Below are positions 26,253 to 35,687 of a DNA stretch of 40,311 nt, piece by piece. Location of the stretch: the NCBI GenBank assembly GCA_017400965.1, contig JAFPRF010000004.1, positions 1 to 40,311 of the forward strand, read 5' to 3'. The notes under the pieces were generated by a model. It had not been told where the DNA came from. It did no database searches and saw only the letters and a list, made by a program, of their open reading frames with translations. Every line of letters begins with the position of its first letter. Position 1 is the first letter of the stretch. The translations under genes were made by a program, and so were the position numbers. The stretch is from Lachnospiraceae bacterium. Its GTDB lineage: Bacteria; Bacillota; Clostridia; Lachnospirales; Lachnospiraceae.

Positions 26253-28160
26253 TCAAAAGACAAACACCAACGCTGCATAAGGCGGCAGATCCACGGAAAT
26301 GGACTGGTCCTTAAAGTGGCAGGGCGTTGCCTGTGCCGTGATCTCCGCGGGCACAACGTTGCCGAAGCCGCCGAACCGCTCCTCGTCGCTGTTTAACAGG
26401 AGCTTATACTTTTTCTTTGCAGGCACGGGTACCAGATATCCCTCGCGCTTCATGGGCGTCATGTTCAGCACAAAGAGGAGGCTGTTTCTTCCCGTGGAGG
26501 ACTTTCTGACGAAGGAGTAGACGCTGTTATCCTTGTCGTCCGCATTCATCCACTCAAAGCCCTCCCAGCTGTTGTCGAACTCATACAGCGCGGGATACTT
26601 GCGATACATCTTGAGAAGCTCTTTGACGTAGTCCTTCAGACCTGCGTTGCTCTTCTCGCCGAGCAGGTACCAATCTAGCTCCCTGGCCTCGCTCCACTCT
26701 CTCTCCTGGCCGAAATCCTGGCCCATGAACAGGAGCTTCTTGCCGCAGTGTCCAAACATGTAGGTGTAGCCTGTGCGCAGGTTTGCGTACTTATCGATGG
26801 CGTAGCCCGGCATCTTATTGACCATGGAACACTTGAGGTGTACCACCTCATCATGCGACAGGGGCAGAATGTACTTCTCACTGCTGTTATAGGTCATGGC
26901 GAAGGTGAGCGCATAGTGATTGCCCTTGCGATACAAGGGATCGAGCTTCATGTATTCGCAGAAATCATGCATCCACCCCATGTTCCACTTAAGCGAGAAG
27001 CCTAAGCTGTCCGTACCGATGTCGCCGGTAACCTTCGGCCATGCGGTGGATTCCTCCGCGATGGTCAGGAATCCGGGATAGGTGCCGCGCACCACGGAAT
27101 TCATGTGGCGGAAGAATTCAATCGCGTCGAGGTTTTCGTTTCCGCCGTATTCATTGGGTAGCCACTGGCCGTCCTTCTTACCGTAATCGAGGTAGAGCAT
27201 GGAGGCCACGGCGTCCACGCGGATGCCGTCTACGTGGAACTCACGCAGCCAGAACAGTACGTTCGCGATCAGGAAGTTCTTGACCTCCGGCTTCGCATAG
27301 TTAAAGATCTTCGTGCCCCAGTCGGGATGCTCGCCGCGACGGGGATCGGGATGCTCGTAGATGCAGCTCCCGTCAAAGTTGCCGAGGCCATGGGCATCCG
27401 TTGCGAAGTGCGCGGGCACCCAGTCAAGGATGACGCCGACGCCGATCTTATGGAGCTCATTCACCAGGTACATGAAGTCCTTGGGCGTTCCGTAGCGGGA
27501 GGTCGGAGCATAATAGCCCGTCACCTGATAGCCCCAGGAGCCATCGAAGGGATGCTCTGCAATGCCCATCAGCTCCACGTGCGTGTATTTCATTTCCTTC
27601 AGATATTCCACGAGGCGCGTTGCGAACTCACGGTAGTTGTAGAACCCGTCCTCCGTGCCGTCCGGATGCTTCATAAAGGAGCCCACGTGGCACTCATAGA
27701 TTGCCATGGGACGCTTCGTATAATCCTCGCCGTCGCGCTTTTCCATCCACTTTTGATCCTTCCAGGCAAAGCCGGAAAGGTCCGTGACGATGGATGCGGT
27801 CTCGGGACGCTTTTGTGCGAAATTCGCGTAGGGATCGGCCTTGTACAGCTTCTTGCCATCCTTCGCGGTGATCAGATACTTATAGATCGTCCCCTCTTCC
27901 ACGCCGGGGATAAAGATCGTCCAGATGCCGCCATCGCCGATCTTCGTCATCTCGTGAGAGGTCTCATTCCAATCATTAAAGGAGCCGATCACGTGAACCG
28001 TCTCGGCATTCGGTGCCCAAACGGCGAAGAAAGTGCCCTTTTTGCCCTTTTCTTCCGAGAGGTGTGCTCCCAGCTTTTTATAGATCTCATAATGCGTGCC
28101 TTGGCCAAACAGATACTGGTCCGTTTTCGAAATAAAAACCTTTTCCAAAGAATCTGCCAT
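26253..28160 (-). CDS. glgB: 1,4-alpha-glucan branching enzyme
   Basis: FAVWAPNA, EHPFDGSWGYQ, ILDWVPAHF, DGIRVDAVASMLY, IAEEST, KWNMGWMHD, LPLSHDEVVH; start ATG 28160 after GGGAG. Confidence 0.97.
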   Translation of the reverse strand: MADSLEKVFISKTDQYLFGQGTHYEIYKKLGAHLSEEKGKKGTFFAVWAPNAETVHVIGSFNDWNETSHEMTKIGDGGIWTIFIPGVEEGTIYKYLITAKDGKKLYKADPYANFAQKRPETASIVTDLSGFAWKDQKWMEKRDGEDYTKRPMAIYECHVGSFMKHPDGTEDGFYNYREFATRLVEYLKEMKYTHVELMGIAEHPFDGSWGYQVTGYYAPTSRYGTPKDFMYLVNELHKIGVGVILDWVPAHFATDAHGLGNFDGSCIYEHPDPRRGEHPDWGTKIFNYAKPEVKNFLIANVLFWLREFHVDGIRVDAVASMLYLDYGKKDGQWLPNEYGGNENLDAIEFFRHMNSVVRGTYPGFLTIAEESTAWPKVTGDIGTDSLGFSLKWNMGWMHDFCEYMKLDPLYRKGNHYALTFAMTYNSSEKYILPLSHDEVVHLKCSMVNKMPGYAIDKYANLRTGYTYMFGHCGKKLLFMGQDFGQEREWSEARELDWYLLGEKSNAGLKDYVKELLKMYRKYPALYEFDNSWEGFEWMNADDKDNSVYSFVRKSSTGRNSLLFVLNMTPMKREGYLVPVPAKKKYKLLLNSDEERFGGFGNVVPAEITAQATPCHFKDQSISVDLPPYAALVFVF

Positions 28161-28173
28161 GTTACAGTCTCCC

Positions 28174-31100
28174 TTATTCAAAGTCTTTTTCGGTGATCAC
28201 GATCATGTCTTCCTCGTCGTAGCGTCGTCCCAGAATGATGTCAAAGAAGTGACCGATGGTCTTTCTGGAAGCGCTCTTAATGGCGTCGTCCATGATCTCT
28301 TTGACGTCCGTTGTCGTCACGGCGTGATCGGCCGTCTGAAGCTCGTCAATTCTCGTATGCAGTGCAAGCATTCCCAGATTATCGATGGAGAATTCCTGCT
28401 CCCTTGCGTATTCGCGCGCGAAATTCGCAAGCGCGTCATTACTCAGCGGCTGCATGTCAACGCGGGCGTTGAACATGGGACGGAGCCCTTCATGTGCCTT
28501 GAAGAACTTATTGATGGCCTTCTTGGTATCAAGCAGTGCCACGATGATGCCAAAGTTCTCTCTCTGGAGGTTTTTCTGAAGCTCTGCGATGGGTTTATCC
28601 TCCATGTCGGATACCTTCTCGATGATGAGGGCACCGTTCTTTAAGTCGTCAAGGAGCTTTACAACGTCCTTATTGTTCATGGCCTTGCCAGGGATCTTTG
28701 CCACCTTGCCGGAGAAGTTGCTGTCGCTCTGCTTCACCTCGTAGATGACCTTCTTTGCCAGCTCCAGCGTATTCATGCCGGGCTCGCCGGTGATCACAAG
28801 GTTTCCGGTGAAGGCAGCCATGCTGATGCTGTCGATGGCTCTCGCAAGCTGCTCTCTGTCGGAATCGGACTGCAGAAGGGAATCGTACATCTCCTCCTCT
28901 TCCTTGGTCAGCTCTCTTGCCTTCGGAAGTGCAGGCTCTTCATCATCTGCGTCAGCACCCTCTGCGTGTTCTTCCTCCTTGGGCAGGTTGTCAAAGCTGA
29001 TGGCGTCATCGGAAGGTGCTTCCTCCTCGCCCTGCTCCTTGGTCTCGATCTCCGCTTCCTCAAAGGTCTCGTCGCTCCAAGAGAAATCATCCTCGCCAAT
29101 GGAATCATCCATAGAGAGGTTCGCTGCCATTCTTGCGGCTGCGAACGCCGACATGACGGGCTTCTCCTCGGCAGGCTCTTCCTCGTTCTCCTCAGCAGGC
29201 TCTTCCTCGTCCTCGGCGGCAGTCTCTTCGTAATTCTCCTCGAGGTCTTCTTCGTAGCCTTCCTCGTTTTCGTCTTCTTTCGTCTCAGCTTCTGCGGTCT
29301 TCTCGGTGGTCTGGAAATCATCCGACTCCACGCCCCAATCATCGCCAAGCTCTATGTCATCGAAATCTACCGCGATCTGCGACTCTTCCGCCTTATCGCT
29401 CTCCTTATGCTCAAAGAAGCTCCAGCGCATCTCAAGACCCGAAGGCTCCTTGGCAGCTTCCTCAGCGGCCTTTTCCTCCTCGACGGGCTTCTCCTCAACG
29501 ACTTCTTCGGTAGCCTCTTCGGCTGCTTTTGTAGCTTCCTCCGTCTTTTCGGGTTCTGCATCAGCTGCATCCTCAGCCTTTGCTTCCTCCTCGGAAGGTT
29601 CCTCGGTCTTTTCCTCTGCGGATTCCGCAGGTTCTTCTGCCTTCTCTTCCTCAGCGGGCGTTTCTTCGACGGGCTCCTCAGCGGGCTTCTCTTCAACAGG
29701 CTTCTCTTCTGAAGTCTTTTCAGGCTCCTTGGCAGCAGGCTCTGCCACGGGCTCGGCGGGCTTTGCTTCCTCTGCCTTCGTCTCCTCAGGCTCCGTGATC
29801 GTCTCCTCCCAAGGCTCGTCATCGGTCACAAATGACGCGGGATCAACGGTCGCCTCCATCTGCTTTAAGATATTGTCACGCATGGCTTCCTCAAACTCCG
29901 TAAACATACGGCCGGTTTGACGAAGCACCTGCTGTCTGGTCTCTTCTTCCTGCTTTGCCTGGCTCTCCTGCTTCCAGCGCTCCCACTCAGCGCGGATGTC
30001 CGCAATGCTCAGCTGTCCCGTGATCTGCTTCTCCAGCTTCTTACTCTCAGGCACGACAAATCGAAGCTGCCCATCCGACTCCTGAGTGAGCACCTTTGCG
30101 ATCGGCTCGGGGGGCTGCGCCGTTAGCGCTTCCGTCTCCAGCTTCGAAGGCGTAGACTCCTGCTTCGGCGCGGGCGCCTCATTTGCCTCATGGAAATAGC
30201 CGTTCTCATCCAGATAAGGCTCTCCGGAACCGGCAGACCAGTTGATGGTCACCTGCTTTGCCTCCGGCTCCTTTGCGGGCTCTGCCACGGGTTCCTTCGC
30301 TACATCCTCCTGCGCGAATTCTTCCTCCAGGCCCTCCATCACGGGCATATCCAAAGGACCGGAATCCGCATCCAGCATCGGCGATACGATCGCGCGCGTA
30401 ATGGGATCGAGTCCCTTTTCCTCTTGCGCGGGCTCCTGCGGCGTCGCAGGCTGCTCCTCAGTGCCTAGGATCTCCTTCAGCCCCTCGGCGAGCTCTGCCT
30501 GCAGATTCATGGTATTGTACTGGCTGACGTCAACAGTCTTGACCTGAATGTCCAGATCGTCGCCATGCACCGGATTCTGTAACTGTTTTCTCACCTCGTC
30601 CACGTTAAACACGCGGGTCTCGCCCATGTTCTCCGCGGTCTCATGTGCCACCTGCGACGCATCCCAAATGGCGGTATCGCCAGATACGCCCTCCATGGGC
30701 GTCGTCTGCTGCGTAACAGGCTGCGGTCTTTGCGGTACCTGCTGAGGCTGCGCAGGGCGGGGACGGGCATGTCTTTGCACCGACGCGGGATTTTGGTCAA
30801 AGCGATGATCATATTTTTCCTGCTGCGTCGGCGTTAAAGGCTCATGAAGCATCTTCAGCTCCATGGCCATGTTGACGTACTTACCAGTGCCAAACCAAAG
30901 GATCAGCTCATCGCAGACCTCCACGCACTTAGAACCCAGTCCGCGCTTGTGATACAGGCTGGCCAGCTCATACATCCACTTTTCCTGATACTCTTCTTCC
31001 TTGAGTTTTTCGAGTACCTCGATCTTCTCGTCAAGACTAACGTCATAAGCGTTATAAAGCTTATATTTTAAAACATAACGACCGGGATCCTTGGGTGCGA

Positions 31101-31407
31101 GCTTTTCGAATTCCTTGTAGAATTCGGCTGCGTTCACCGGGTCTCCCGTCTTAATGTAAAGTTCGCATAAAGAATAACAGATCTGTCGGCTCTCAGGCTT
31201 TCTGTCGTAAGCGAGGAGCAAAATGTCACGGGCGTCCTCGAAGCGCCCGTTGATCTTATAAAGATCGCTGATGGTTCCCAGGGTCGTTACGCTGCGAACC
31301 CTTCTCCAGTCGATGCGATCCGCGATGATCACTGCCTGTGCGTAATCTCCTTGATCGATCAGGCTTTGAATCTGTTCCACAAGATGCTTATATTCATATT
31401 TATCCAC
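28174..31407 (-). CDS. TPR-like N-terminus, long acidic low-complexity linker, degenerate SpoVK/CbbX-like AAA+ C-terminus
   Basis: Helical repeats in aa 1-200; E/A/P/K-rich region at about aa 520-830; LVITGEPGMNTL, GALIIEKV and ITEKDFE at the C-terminus; GTG start. Confidence 0.7.
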   Translation of the reverse strand: MDKYEYKHLVEQIQSLIDQGDYAQAVIIADRIDWRRVRSVTTLGTISDLYKINGRFEDARDILLLAYDRKPESRQICYSLCELYIKTGDPVNAAEFYKEFEKLAPKDPGRYVLKYKLYNAYDVSLDEKIEVLEKLKEEEYQEKWMYELASLYHKRGLGSKCVEVCDELILWFGTGKYVNMAMELKMLHEPLTPTQQEKYDHRFDQNPASVQRHARPRPAQPQQVPQRPQPVTQQTTPMEGVSGDTAIWDASQVAHETAENMGETRVFNVDEVRKQLQNPVHGDDLDIQVKTVDVSQYNTMNLQAELAEGLKEILGTEEQPATPQEPAQEEKGLDPITRAIVSPMLDADSGPLDMPVMEGLEEEFAQEDVAKEPVAEPAKEPEAKQVTINWSAGSGEPYLDENGYFHEANEAPAPKQESTPSKLETEALTAQPPEPIAKVLTQESDGQLRFVVPESKKLEKQITGQLSIADIRAEWERWKQESQAKQEEETRQQVLRQTGRMFTEFEEAMRDNILKQMEATVDPASFVTDDEPWEETITEPEETKAEEAKPAEPVAEPAAKEPEKTSEEKPVEEKPAEEPVEETPAEEEKAEEPAESAEEKTEEPSEEEAKAEDAADAEPEKTEEATKAAEEATEEVVEEKPVEEEKAAEEAAKEPSGLEMRWSFFEHKESDKAEESQIAVDFDDIELGDDWGVESDDFQTTEKTAEAETKEDENEEGYEEDLEENYEETAAEDEEEPAEENEEEPAEEKPVMSAFAAARMAANLSMDDSIGEDDFSWSDETFEEAEIETKEQGEEEAPSDDAISFDNLPKEEEHAEGADADDEEPALPKARELTKEEEEMYDSLLQSDSDREQLARAIDSISMAAFTGNLVITGEPGMNTLELAKKVIYEVKQSDSNFSGKVAKIPGKAMNNKDVVKLLDDLKNGALIIEKVSDMEDKPIAELQKNLQRENFGIIVALLDTKKAINKFFKAHEGLRPMFNARVDMQPLSNDALANFAREYAREQEFSIDNLGMLALHTRIDELQTADHAVTTTDVKEIMDDAIKSASRKTIGHFFDIILGRRYDEEDMIVITEKDFE
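29162..29209. repeat. 24-nt in-frame tandem duplication (EEEPAEEN/EEEPAEEK)
   Basis: TTCTCCTCGGCAGGCTCTTCCTCG followed by TTCTCCTCAGCAGGCTCTTCCTCG. Confidence 0.8.
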
Positions 31408-31449
31408 GGTTTTAGCCCCCTTAGGGTATTTCTTCTCATAGTTATTATA

Positions 31450-31478
31450 AGTGTATCATAGTAGGGCATGCATGTCAA
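31450..31478 (-). promoter_or_regulatory. sigmaA promoter for TPR/AAA gene and glgB
   Basis: TTGACA-17 nt-TACACT with a TG-N extension. Confidence 0.7.
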
Positions 31479-31510
31479 AACGAAAGACAAAAAATGTGTA
31501 AGAAACCGTC

Positions 31511-32374
31511 CTATTTTGTGAGCAGACGATTGGAAAGCTCCGCGAACTGCTCCAGCGTCAGCGCCTCGCCGCGAATGGTCGCCGAAAGGCCCATGTTTTC
31601 AAGAACCTCCGTAACGCGATCGCGGGAAAGGCCAAGCTCTGGCGCATTGGAAAGTCCGTTGGCCAGCGTCTTTCTGCGCTGATTAAAGGAAGCACGGATC
31701 AGTGAGAACATGTACTGCGCGTCCTTTACCTCCACGGGCGGCTTTTCATGACGGGTCAGCCGGATCACCGCGCTGCCCACGCTCGGGCGCGGAATAAAAC
31801 AGTTCGGCGGCACGTTTGCCACGATCTCAGGCTTCGCATAGTATTGCACGGCCAGCGAAAGCGCGCCGTAATCCTTGGTACCGGGGCCCACCTGCATGCG
31901 CTCCGCCACCTCTTTTTGCACCATGATCGTAATGCTGTTTAGGGGTACGCCGCTCTCGAAGAGGTTCATGATGATCGGCGTCGTGATGTAATAGGGGAGA
32001 TTCGCCACGACCTTAATGGGCTTGCCGCCATTTTTCTCCTCTGCCAGCTGTCGAAGATCCAGCTTAAGCACGTCCTCATTGATCACCGTGACGTTTGTAT
32101 ATGCTGACAGCGTCTCCTCCAGGATCGGGATTAGGTTCTTATCGATCTCCACGGCGACAACGCTCCCCGCTGCCTCCGCGAGGTACTGGGTCATCGTACC
32201 GATGCCAGGCCCGATCTCTAAGACCATGTCCTCCTTCGTGATCTGTGCGGCGGAAATGATCCGCTCGAGCACGGAGGTGTCGATCAGGAAGTTTTGTCCA
32301 AACTTTTTTTGAAAATTGAAATTATATTTTTGCAGAACCTCGATGGTGTTCCGCGGTATTCCCAAATTTGCCAA
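31511..32374 (-). CDS. rsmA: 16S rRNA m6,2A1518/1519 dimethyltransferase (KsgA)
   Basis: KKFGQNFL, VLEIGPGIG, VVANLPYYITTPI, MVQKEVAER, FNQRRKTL; TTG start. Confidence 0.97.
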   Translation of the reverse strand: MANLGIPRNTIEVLQKYNFNFQKKFGQNFLIDTSVLERIISAAQITKEDMVLEIGPGIGTMTQYLAEAAGSVVAVEIDKNLIPILEETLSAYTNVTVINEDVLKLDLRQLAEEKNGGKPIKVVANLPYYITTPIIMNLFESGVPLNSITIMVQKEVAERMQVGPGTKDYGALSLAVQYYAKPEIVANVPPNCFIPRPSVGSAVIRLTRHEKPPVEVKDAQYMFSLIRASFNQRRKTLANGLSNAPELGLSRDRVTEVLENMGLSATIRGEALTLEQFAELSNRLLTK

Positions 32375-32378
32375 TTTT

Positions 32379-33032
32379 TTACCTCTCTCTGGCCTTCAGC
32401 CACTCTAGGACTTCCAAAAGATCCCACAGAATCACCGTCGTCTTCTCAATCATTTCTGCCGTGACGGGCAAAAGATCCGGCACCATGATGGGTCGCATCC
32501 CTGCGCTGTATGCTGAGCGGATCCCGTTGTGCGAATCTTCGATCGCGTAAGTTTCCTTCGGATCAACGCCCAGACCTTCACAGGCCTTTAAGTAAATCTC
32601 CGGTTCCGGCTTGGAATGCACGATCTCTTCGCCGCCGATGACATAGGAAAAATACTGCGCGATCCCAGCGTTTTCCAAAAGACTTTGGATCGATGCGCGC
32701 TTCGTTGAAGAGGCAAGTCCGATCTTCCAGCCATCGTTTTTTAAGTACTCCAAAAGCTCATGCACGCCCTTTTTCTCAGGTAGTCCCTTGGCCGCAATAA
32801 TGTCCCAGAACTCCTTGGAGGCCTGTGCGCGGAAGCCTTGATAATCAAAGTCCACGCCGTAATGCTCCTTGATGATCTTCTCATCATCCGCGTTGTTTCG
32901 GCCAATGCAAAGCGGGAATACCTGCCGCATTCCCTGCATGCCAAGGCGCTCCGCCACGTTCACCCAGGCGTTCATGCAAACCTTCTCCGTGTCGAAAAGG
33001 ACGCCGTCCATGTCAAAAACTACTGCCTTCAC
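32379..33032 (-). CDS. HAD family phosphatase (beta-PGM/CbbY-like)
   Basis: FDMDGVLFDTE, LASST, KPEPEIY, IEDSHNG. Confidence 0.92.
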   Translation of the reverse strand: MKAVVFDMDGVLFDTEKVCMNAWVNVAERLGMQGMRQVFPLCIGRNNADDEKIIKEHYGVDFDYQGFRAQASKEFWDIIAAKGLPEKKGVHELLEYLKNDGWKIGLASSTKRASIQSLLENAGIAQYFSYVIGGEEIVHSKPEPEIYLKACEGLGVDPKETYAIEDSHNGIRSAYSAGMRPIMVPDLLPVTAEMIEKTTVILWDLLEVLEWLKARER

Positions 33033-33035
33033 TCA

Positions 33036-34157
33036 TTACTCCTTCTGTCCAAACCAATTAAGCAGCGCCGGAATGCTTCCCAGCACCAAAACCTCGCTCT
33101 TATTCTGCTGCGTGAGCAGGCTCCATAGATCCCCGTGATAATTGCCCGGGTTGACGAAATAGATCGTCTGATAGTGGGGCGCGAGCAGCGGGATCATGGC
33201 GTTCGCATACGAATCCCCGATCACCACGAGGGAGTCCTTACGCTCAAGTCCCGTATCGATCTTTGCATATCCAAATCCGTCCCCTAGTACATAGCCGTAA
33301 GGGTTATCGGAATCTAAATACTCCGGTCTGTAATAGCCCTGCACGGAAACGCGTCCGTCATACGACACGTCGACGAGCTTCCCCTGGGTCTCTTCAAAAA
33401 CAGTCAGCTCTTCCCCGGCATCCTCCATGTCCGCCGTTCTCACCAGCGTTCCCTTAAAGTAGGATGCGATCACGGACATATGCGACAGATCGTAATAATA
33501 GGGCAAAAGCTTCCCTGACTGCTTCCACCAGGTCTGATACCCATAGTACGCCCCAAGGCTTGTCCAGTGCGGGTCCGTGCGGTGGTAAACCTCCTCCGCG
33601 CGATGCGCCCAGAGTACGCTGTACATGTCAATATACGCCTCGTCGCCCACCGCCTCGCGTACCTGGTCCAGATAAGCCTTCTGGTTCATGGAGTCGAGAT
33701 AGAGCGGCAAGCGGTCGCGCCAGATTTCATCCGCCGTCGGCAAAAGCATTACCTTCGCGCCATACTGCGTCGTCAACGTTTCTAGGAATTCTAAGCTCTC
33801 CGTCACCTGTGCGGCGCTTACGTCCTGCGCCAGGTGCTTTTCAAAATAGGTCTTTTGCTTTCCAAGGAGGACCCCTTGGAACTCTTTCTTTCCAAGCAAA
33901 AGCTCCGTCTCGCGAACGAGCCCGGCCCATTTATTCTTGTTGTAAAAATGCGAATCCGCGTAGTTCCCGTAGTCTTCTAGGTAGGTCCCCGTCAAAAAGC
34001 TCCTTGCGGAAAAGGCAGGCTGCGGGTCAAGCGTTACGGACGGGTCCTGATAGATCAGGCCCATCTGGTACAGAAAATCCAAAACGGCAAACGCCAAAAC
34101 GATCACGGCGATGATGCTGATCGTTAGAAAATCATTTTGTTTTTCGCTCATGTCCAT
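33036..34157 (-). CDS. DHHW / AlgX-AlgJ family SGNH-like O-acyltransferase
   Basis: N-terminal TM anchor; YHRTDPHWTSLGAY; VIGDSYAN; adjacent to an MBOAT gene. Confidence 0.85.
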   Translation of the reverse strand: MDMSEKQNDFLTISIIAVIVLAFAVLDFLYQMGLIYQDPSVTLDPQPAFSARSFLTGTYLEDYGNYADSHFYNKNKWAGLVRETELLLGKKEFQGVLLGKQKTYFEKHLAQDVSAAQVTESLEFLETLTTQYGAKVMLLPTADEIWRDRLPLYLDSMNQKAYLDQVREAVGDEAYIDMYSVLWAHRAEEVYHRTDPHWTSLGAYYGYQTWWKQSGKLLPYYYDLSHMSVIASYFKGTLVRTADMEDAGEELTVFEETQGKLVDVSYDGRVSVQGYYRPEYLDSDNPYGYVLGDGFGYAKIDTGLERKDSLVVIGDSYANAMIPLLAPHYQTIYFVNPGNYHGDLWSLLTQQNKSEVLVLGSIPALLNWFGQKE

Positions 34158-34188
34158 GCCTCCTTTCCCCAGTAGTCAAAGCCGTTTT

Positions 34189-35580
34189 CTACCACTTTCT
34201 GCCGATCAGATAGACGAGAGACAATAGTAAAAATACGGCGGGATAAATCTTCTCCACCAGTCTTCGCAGTGCAATGCTCGGACCGTTTTTCCCCTTCTCG
34301 AGCTGGTCCATAAAGCTCCTTGCGACGGGCAGCGCAAAGAATGCGCCAAGCACCAACACAGGAAGGAACTCAAAAAACAAAAAGAGGAACTGGTTGTCAT
34401 AGATCGCGTTCTTTGAAAGGCAAAGCGCAGACTGCAGATAGGTCCAGGCGTCTGAGACGTCATCCAGCGCAAAGAGTAGCCACCCAAAGGCAACCACCAG
34501 CATCGCATACGCCCAGCCGATGAGCCTTGGCAGATGCTCCAAAAGCTTTCCAAGAAAGAGTTTTTCCAAAATAAAAAACAGGGCCATCCAAAGTCCCCAA
34601 AGCACAAAGGTCCAATCGGGACCGTACCAAAAACCGATCAGTCCCCAGGTGATCATGACCCAAAAGATCCTGCCAAGCGCCCCCTTTTTCCCGCGGGTTA
34701 CGGCATCGTAAAAATACTCCTTCATCCACTTCCCGATGGTAACGTTCCAGCGATAAAGGAAATCCGTGACGCTCGTTGCCGCGTAGGGGTGGTCAAAGCT
34801 CTCCGGCAACGTATATCCAAGACAGCTTCCCAGTCCGATGGCAATGTCCGCATAGCCGGCAAAGCTAAAGTAAATGCGAAACGCGAAGGCCACAATGCCA
34901 AGCCACGCCGTCGCGACGCTGATGTTCTGCATGGGATTCTCCATTACCATGTTCCAAAGCTGACCGCAAGTATCCGCGATCAAAACCTTCTTTGCCAGGC
35001 CCACGCAGATCCGCTTCGCGCCCGTACTCACCTGATGCAGGGAAACCTTACCGCTTTTAAGGTTCGGTTGCAGGTCCTGAAAGCGAACGACCGGGCCGAC
35101 CTTCAGCTGCGGGAACATGGTCACGTAAGTCGCGTATTCCAGAAGATTTCGCCCTGCCGGGATCTTACCGCGGTAGACGTCGATCACGTAGGACATGGTC
35201 TGGAGGGTGTACACCGTGATGCCCACCGGAAGCGGGTAGCCGAACTTCGGCCAACCCACGTGAAACAGGATGTTCGCCGTCTCGATAAAGAAGTCCGCAT
35301 AACCAAAGAAAAATAAAAGGCTCAGATCCAAAAAAATGGCACTTGCCAAAAGGATCTTTGCCGTCCCCTTCCCGCGGTGCTTTTCGATCTGACGCGCATG
35401 AATAAAGTCCGAGATCACGCTAAACGCCATGGGAAGCAGACAGATGGGCTCTCCCCAGGCATAAAAACAAAGGCTCCCTAACAAAAGGACGACGCTTCTC
35501 GCCCTCCCGGGAACCAGATAGTACAATATGAAAAACATCGGCAAAAACCGAAGCAAAAATACAACGCTGCCAAATTCCAT
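34189..35580 (-). CDS. MBOAT family AlgI/DltB-like membrane protein (catalytic His apparently absent)
   Basis: SLCFYAWGEP, LPVGIT.YTLQTMSYVIDVYRG, FPQL..GP.VRF, GLAKKVLIAD, GYADIAIG; the WHG site reads WYG. Confidence 0.9.
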   Translation of the reverse strand: MEFGSVVFLLRFLPMFFILYYLVPGRARSVVLLLGSLCFYAWGEPICLLPMAFSVISDFIHARQIEKHRGKGTAKILLASAIFLDLSLLFFFGYADFFIETANILFHVGWPKFGYPLPVGITVYTLQTMSYVIDVYRGKIPAGRNLLEYATYVTMFPQLKVGPVVRFQDLQPNLKSGKVSLHQVSTGAKRICVGLAKKVLIADTCGQLWNMVMENPMQNISVATAWLGIVAFAFRIYFSFAGYADIAIGLGSCLGYTLPESFDHPYAATSVTDFLYRWNVTIGKWMKEYFYDAVTRGKKGALGRIFWVMITWGLIGFWYGPDWTFVLWGLWMALFFILEKLFLGKLLEHLPRLIGWAYAMLVVAFGWLLFALDDVSDAWTYLQSALCLSKNAIYDNQFLFLFFEFLPVLVLGAFFALPVARSFMDQLEKGKNGPSIALRRLVEKIYPAVFLLLSLVYLIGRKW

Positions 35581-35613
35581 AACGTACCCTTCGTCAAGTG
35601 AAGCTTTGCGAAT

Positions 35614-35642
35614 ACTGTACCATTTTTTCGCCTAATAGTCAA
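35614..35642 (-). promoter_or_regulatory. sigmaA promoter for MBOAT-DHHW-HAD-rsmA
   Basis: TTGACT-17 nt-TACAGT with a TG-N extension. Confidence 0.65.
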
Positions 35643-35669
35643 TGACCCCGCCTTTTCCGGGCGGGGTCA
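35643..35669 (-). terminator. GC-rich hairpin ending the LytTR/ABC operon
   Basis: TGACCCCGCC/GGCGGGGTCA perfect 10-bp stem 18 nt after the permease stop; short U-tract. Confidence 0.65.
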
Positions 35670-35687
35670 AAAGATGCTTAACTTGGG

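Noticed and set aside
28908-29920. Several long overlapping ORFs rich in Arg/Ser/Leu/Phe
   Set aside because: Alternative-frame read-outs of the low-complexity GAG/GAA-rich linker of the 1077-aa gene.
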